NCBI GenBank assembly: GCA_045105515.1
Contig: JBGCDR010000005.1
Location: forward strand, 1-10,991
Reading direction: 5' to 3'
Length of the DNA stretch: 10,991 nt
Origin: Oligoflexales bacterium
GTDB taxonomy: Bacteria; Bdellovibrionota_B; Oligoflexia; Oligoflexales; Bog-1112
Numbering within the stretch: position 1 is the first letter of the stretch; each line of letters starts with the position of its first letter. This document shows, piece after piece, positions 8,277-10,991 of this stretch. The notes beneath the pieces were generated by a model. It was not told the DNA's origin. It searched no databases and was given only the letters and a program-made list of their open reading frames with translations. The translations under genes were made by a program, and so were the position numbers.

Positions 8277-8891
8277 ATGACGAAAAAAGAAATAGAATTA
8301 AACCTTCATCCACTTGAATTTTTTAGATCGGAATTAAGGAAATCTCTCAAACAAACTAGAACTCAATTAGACCCTGAATCAGAAACTTATTTAGTAAATT
8401 TTCTTGCTAATAAAGCCTACCCGCACAAGCATGATTCTGGAACTAGTCATGTCTTAGAAGTACTAGAAAAGCCTCTGGCGCTAATATTCAAAAAGGCAAA
8501 TGAAGCACAAGGCTCACAGAAAATCAGTTTAATGCAGGCTGTTGGAGATACCAGCTTATTTATCAGTGGGTTCTTTACCGAATTCTTTAATCAGAAAAGC
8601 TTCAGCAGATCATACTATATGGACCTAGGGAGCTCATCATACAACATTGCGGCAAATCAAATTGCTGGGCACCATCCTAATTATTATCTATTAATGGGAA
8701 TTTTTTCTTTCTTATCAAATCATTTTTACCGAGTTGCTGAAATAATATCTGATTTGGCAGACCGTCTGCGCACAAAGGATTATGAAGACATATATGCTGT
8801 TCACAAGCTTTGGGAGACTAAGCAATCGGAACAGTTATTAAAGGCTCTAAAAAAAGAGGGAATTATTCCCATTCATAATAAGAAACTCTAA
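8277..8891 (+). CDS. Conserved hypothetical alpha-helical protein
   Basis: The ORF track starts at GTG 8268. ATG 8277 is preferred because AAGGTGA (RBS-like) precedes it. The pattern EFF...E.YLV.FL...PLA......A...VGD.SLFISGFF...YY..LG...Y resembles a widespread uncharacterised bacterial family as I recall it. No function can be assigned. Confidence 0.75.
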   Translation: MTKKEIELNLHPLEFFRSELRKSLKQTRTQLDPESETYLVNFLANKAYPHKHDSGTSHVLEVLEKPLALIFKKANEAQGSQKISLMQAVGDTSLFISGFFTEFFNQKSFSRSYYMDLGSSSYNIAANQIAGHHPNYYLLMGIFSFLSNHFYRVAEIISDLADRLRTKDYEDIYAVHKLWETKQSEQLLKALKKEGIIPIHNKKL

Positions 8892-10273
8892 AACACAAGG
8901 GTCGTTCCTGGGCTAAGCGCCTCGCTTTGCTTTTCTTCCTCCTTGACCAGATCACCAAGAAAATATTTAAATGAGAATTTTTCTTGTTGAGTTACGAGGG
9001 TGTTACGAATCTTTTTGACAATCTCATCTTGCAATGATGCCCAATCAATACTTTCACCTCCAGCTTGTAATACTGAACTAATATGCTTGTGTTCATAGAT
9101 TCGATGCTCTAGGACTTGTCTGGTCAAATCAAAACCTTGAATAATAGGTGAGCATTTTTGATATTTGTTAGCTAAGAGATCTAAATCCTCTTCAATATCT
9201 TCTAGAGTTTCTTCCCAGCTGTCTTCACTCATTGGGTTCATAATACACATACAATCGCGTATTTCTGCTAATTTTTCTGGACTTACGCTCTTTGGATCAA
9301 TTTTTTTAAACTCATTTCTAATAGTAGTTTCTTGATAATTGGTAAAAATAGCCTCACCACAATCCGCACCAATTTTTTCAAGGGCTATGGTAATAGGTTC
9401 TGTTTTATCTACCTCAAGACAAGCCTCAATTAGCCATCGACCTCGGTCAACTTGTTCTTCATCCCCTTTTATCAATCGGCTTTGATAATGACTCATAATC
9501 GTTTCGTATCTTCCGATGATCGCTTGCATCGACTCAACTTCTCGATCTAAGATCTCATCGAAAAACTTATATAAGAGCTTAATATCTTGTATTGGCTTAT
9601 CGGGTAAATTTACTCCAGTTAGAGCTAGACTAGCCTGAAGTTTCTCGAGAAGATTAATCAAATCATTTAGTATCAATGCTAGAGAAATGCAAACAGCATG
9701 AATTAAATCTCTAGCTAAAATTAAAGTAGTTAAAGAAAAAAACATATAATTAAAATAGAAATCATCTATTTCATCTCCTAAATTCTTTGCTTCGGGAAGT
9801 TTATCTCCATAATAAGTGTTTTTTGGCCAAATATGATTAAAATGGCCGAAAAGCACCTTCCCCCCAACATCTGCAAAGACACGTTTTTCTAAATTCATTT
9901 TACTGATATCTGAATCGGAAACATAGTAAGATACACGTTTACCGCTTTTGTCTTTAGAATCTATAAAATTTACTTCAAACTGATCTAAACGAATTTTTTC
10001 GTAAAAGTTCTCGACGAGCTTTAGGCATTGATAAATATGCAAAGGGATATTGCATAGAGTAATTTCTTTATCCAACTTTACAAGATAGCTGTGAAGATTA
10101 TTTAAGGCCTGCCAGCTTACATATTTCAATTGAGAAAAATCGATAGTTTGATTCGCTTCTACAAACTCATCTAAAACTTTGCAATCAACCCCCTCATGAA
10201 GAATCCCATTTAACTGAATTTTTTCATTCTCTTTGACAACGAAAAACCTTACTTGTTTCATATCAAGCGGCAT
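8888..10273 (-). CDS. Hypothetical signalling protein: degenerate STAS-like N-terminus plus long helical region with CheZ-like DxxxQ motif
   Basis: 461-aa ORF with a strong RBS (AGGAG, 10281-10285). The N-terminus IQLNGILHE...TIDFSQLKYVS...ITLCNIPLHIYQCLKLV follows the STAS beta/alpha pattern, and the C-terminal part contains IQGFDLTRQVLEHR. The CDS itself is well supported; the domain calls are tentative. Confidence 0.65.
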   Translation of the reverse strand: MPLDMKQVRFFVVKENEKIQLNGILHEGVDCKVLDEFVEANQTIDFSQLKYVSWQALNNLHSYLVKLDKEITLCNIPLHIYQCLKLVENFYEKIRLDQFEVNFIDSKDKSGKRVSYYVSDSDISKMNLEKRVFADVGGKVLFGHFNHIWPKNTYYGDKLPEAKNLGDEIDDFYFNYMFFSLTTLILARDLIHAVCISLALILNDLINLLEKLQASLALTGVNLPDKPIQDIKLLYKFFDEILDREVESMQAIIGRYETIMSHYQSRLIKGDEEQVDRGRWLIEACLEVDKTEPITIALEKIGADCGEAIFTNYQETTIRNEFKKIDPKSVSPEKLAEIRDCMCIMNPMSEDSWEETLEDIEEDLDLLANKYQKCSPIIQGFDLTRQVLEHRIYEHKHISSVLQAGGESIDWASLQDEIVKKIRNTLVTQQEKFSFKYFLGDLVKEEEKQSEALSPGTTLVF

Positions 10274-10341
10274 TTAGGCTCTCCTGTATTTAATAAGCCA
10301 GAAGCTTGGAAGACCCACAATTAGTTCATGCACGGTTCCAC

Positions 10342-10374
10342 AGTCTATTATATAGACTCTTCCAGTCCATTCAA
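10342..10374 (-). promoter_or_regulatory. Candidate sigma70 promoter (TTGAAT-N16-TATAAT) with a palindrome over the -10
   Basis: Minus strand: TTGAAT (10369-10374), 16-nt spacer, TATAAT (10347-10352). The perfect inverted repeat AGTCTAT-TAT-ATAGACT spans 10342-10358. Confidence 0.5.
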
Positions 10375-10496
10375 AAACTTTAAGGAGAAAATATCTTTTA
10401 AAAAACCAAAAATTATTTTTTATGATCTTATCTATTTAAAAAAAATCTCTTGATATATCTTAAAGATAGGAGTCTTGATTTAAAAATGCAGTATCA

Positions 10497-10862
10497 TTAG
10501 GCAGTTAAAACCAGCTTCATATAAACATTTTTAATGGATTCAGCATTCGCAGGTTTAGCAATCCAACCCTTTGCACCCAACTTCTTTGCTTCTACTTGAA
10601 AAATAGGATCACTTTCATTGGTAAGCATCACGACCGGCACTGGTTTTGTTTGATTGAGGAGTTGCGCATTCTCGAGAAACTCTAGGCCATCTACAGCAGG
10701 CATATGAACATCTGATAAAACCAAATCTATGTCTTTGCGGGACGCAAGTAGGTCTAATCCCTCTTGACCGTTGCTCGCATGAATACAATCCACACCCAAT
10801 GCTGATAGGATATCGGCTACTACTCGCCGCGCCATTTTTGAGTCGTCTATGATTAGAGTTGT
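10497..10862 (-). pseudogene. Single-domain CheY-like response regulator lacking a canonical start codon (probable pseudogene, sequence error or non-canonical start)
   Basis: Receiver motifs: ASNGQEGL, LVLSDVHMP..DG (phospho-Asp), PVVMLT, GAKGWIAKP. The frame extends upstream of the ATG at 10835 as TTLIIDDSK (acidic pocket) up to an in-frame TAG at 10863-10865. The receiver identity is solid; the pseudogene status is less certain. Confidence 0.65.
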
Positions 10863-10991
10863 CTAATTTTTTAACCGGCTAATATTATTATTTTATATGA
10901 TTATTATGTAAATATTGATAAGCTGATCCCAAACGTAATTCTGGGAGGGCTTGATATGTTTATTTTCATGTTACCGGAAAGACAAGTGAAA

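Noticed and set aside
1..10991. CRISPR array, tRNA/rRNA, IS element, prophage or defence system
   Set aside because: I saw no regularly spaced repeats, cloverleaf, transposase/integrase, or nuclease/defence motifs. Recurrent TTAAGAT and TTGATA words are irregular and consistent with AT-rich background.

Overview
AT-rich bacterial chromosomal window with nine protein-coding loci. I found no RNA gene, mobile element or CRISPR array. From left to right: a secreted protein with 1-2 ankyrin-like repeats (-); a PhyH-family Fe(II)/2-oxoglutarate dioxygenase (+); a DprE1-like FAD oxidoreductase lacking its usual partners (+); a signal-peptide-bearing CX5R cysteine phosphatase (-); a translationally coupled TonB-dependent receptor + lipoprotein pair (-); a conserved hypothetical protein (+) from a divergent promoter; a 461-aa unknown protein with a degenerate STAS-like N-terminus and a CheZ-like DxxxQ helix (-); and a CheY-like receiver gene (-) whose conserved N-terminus has no start codon and is preceded by an in-frame TAG. 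The gene content suggests Bdellovibrionota/Oligoflexia or Myxococcota-like bacteria (inference only). The best candidate for an undescribed system is the STAS-like/CheZ-like protein next to the orphan CheY-like gene. All family calls come from motif recognition by eye, not database searches.
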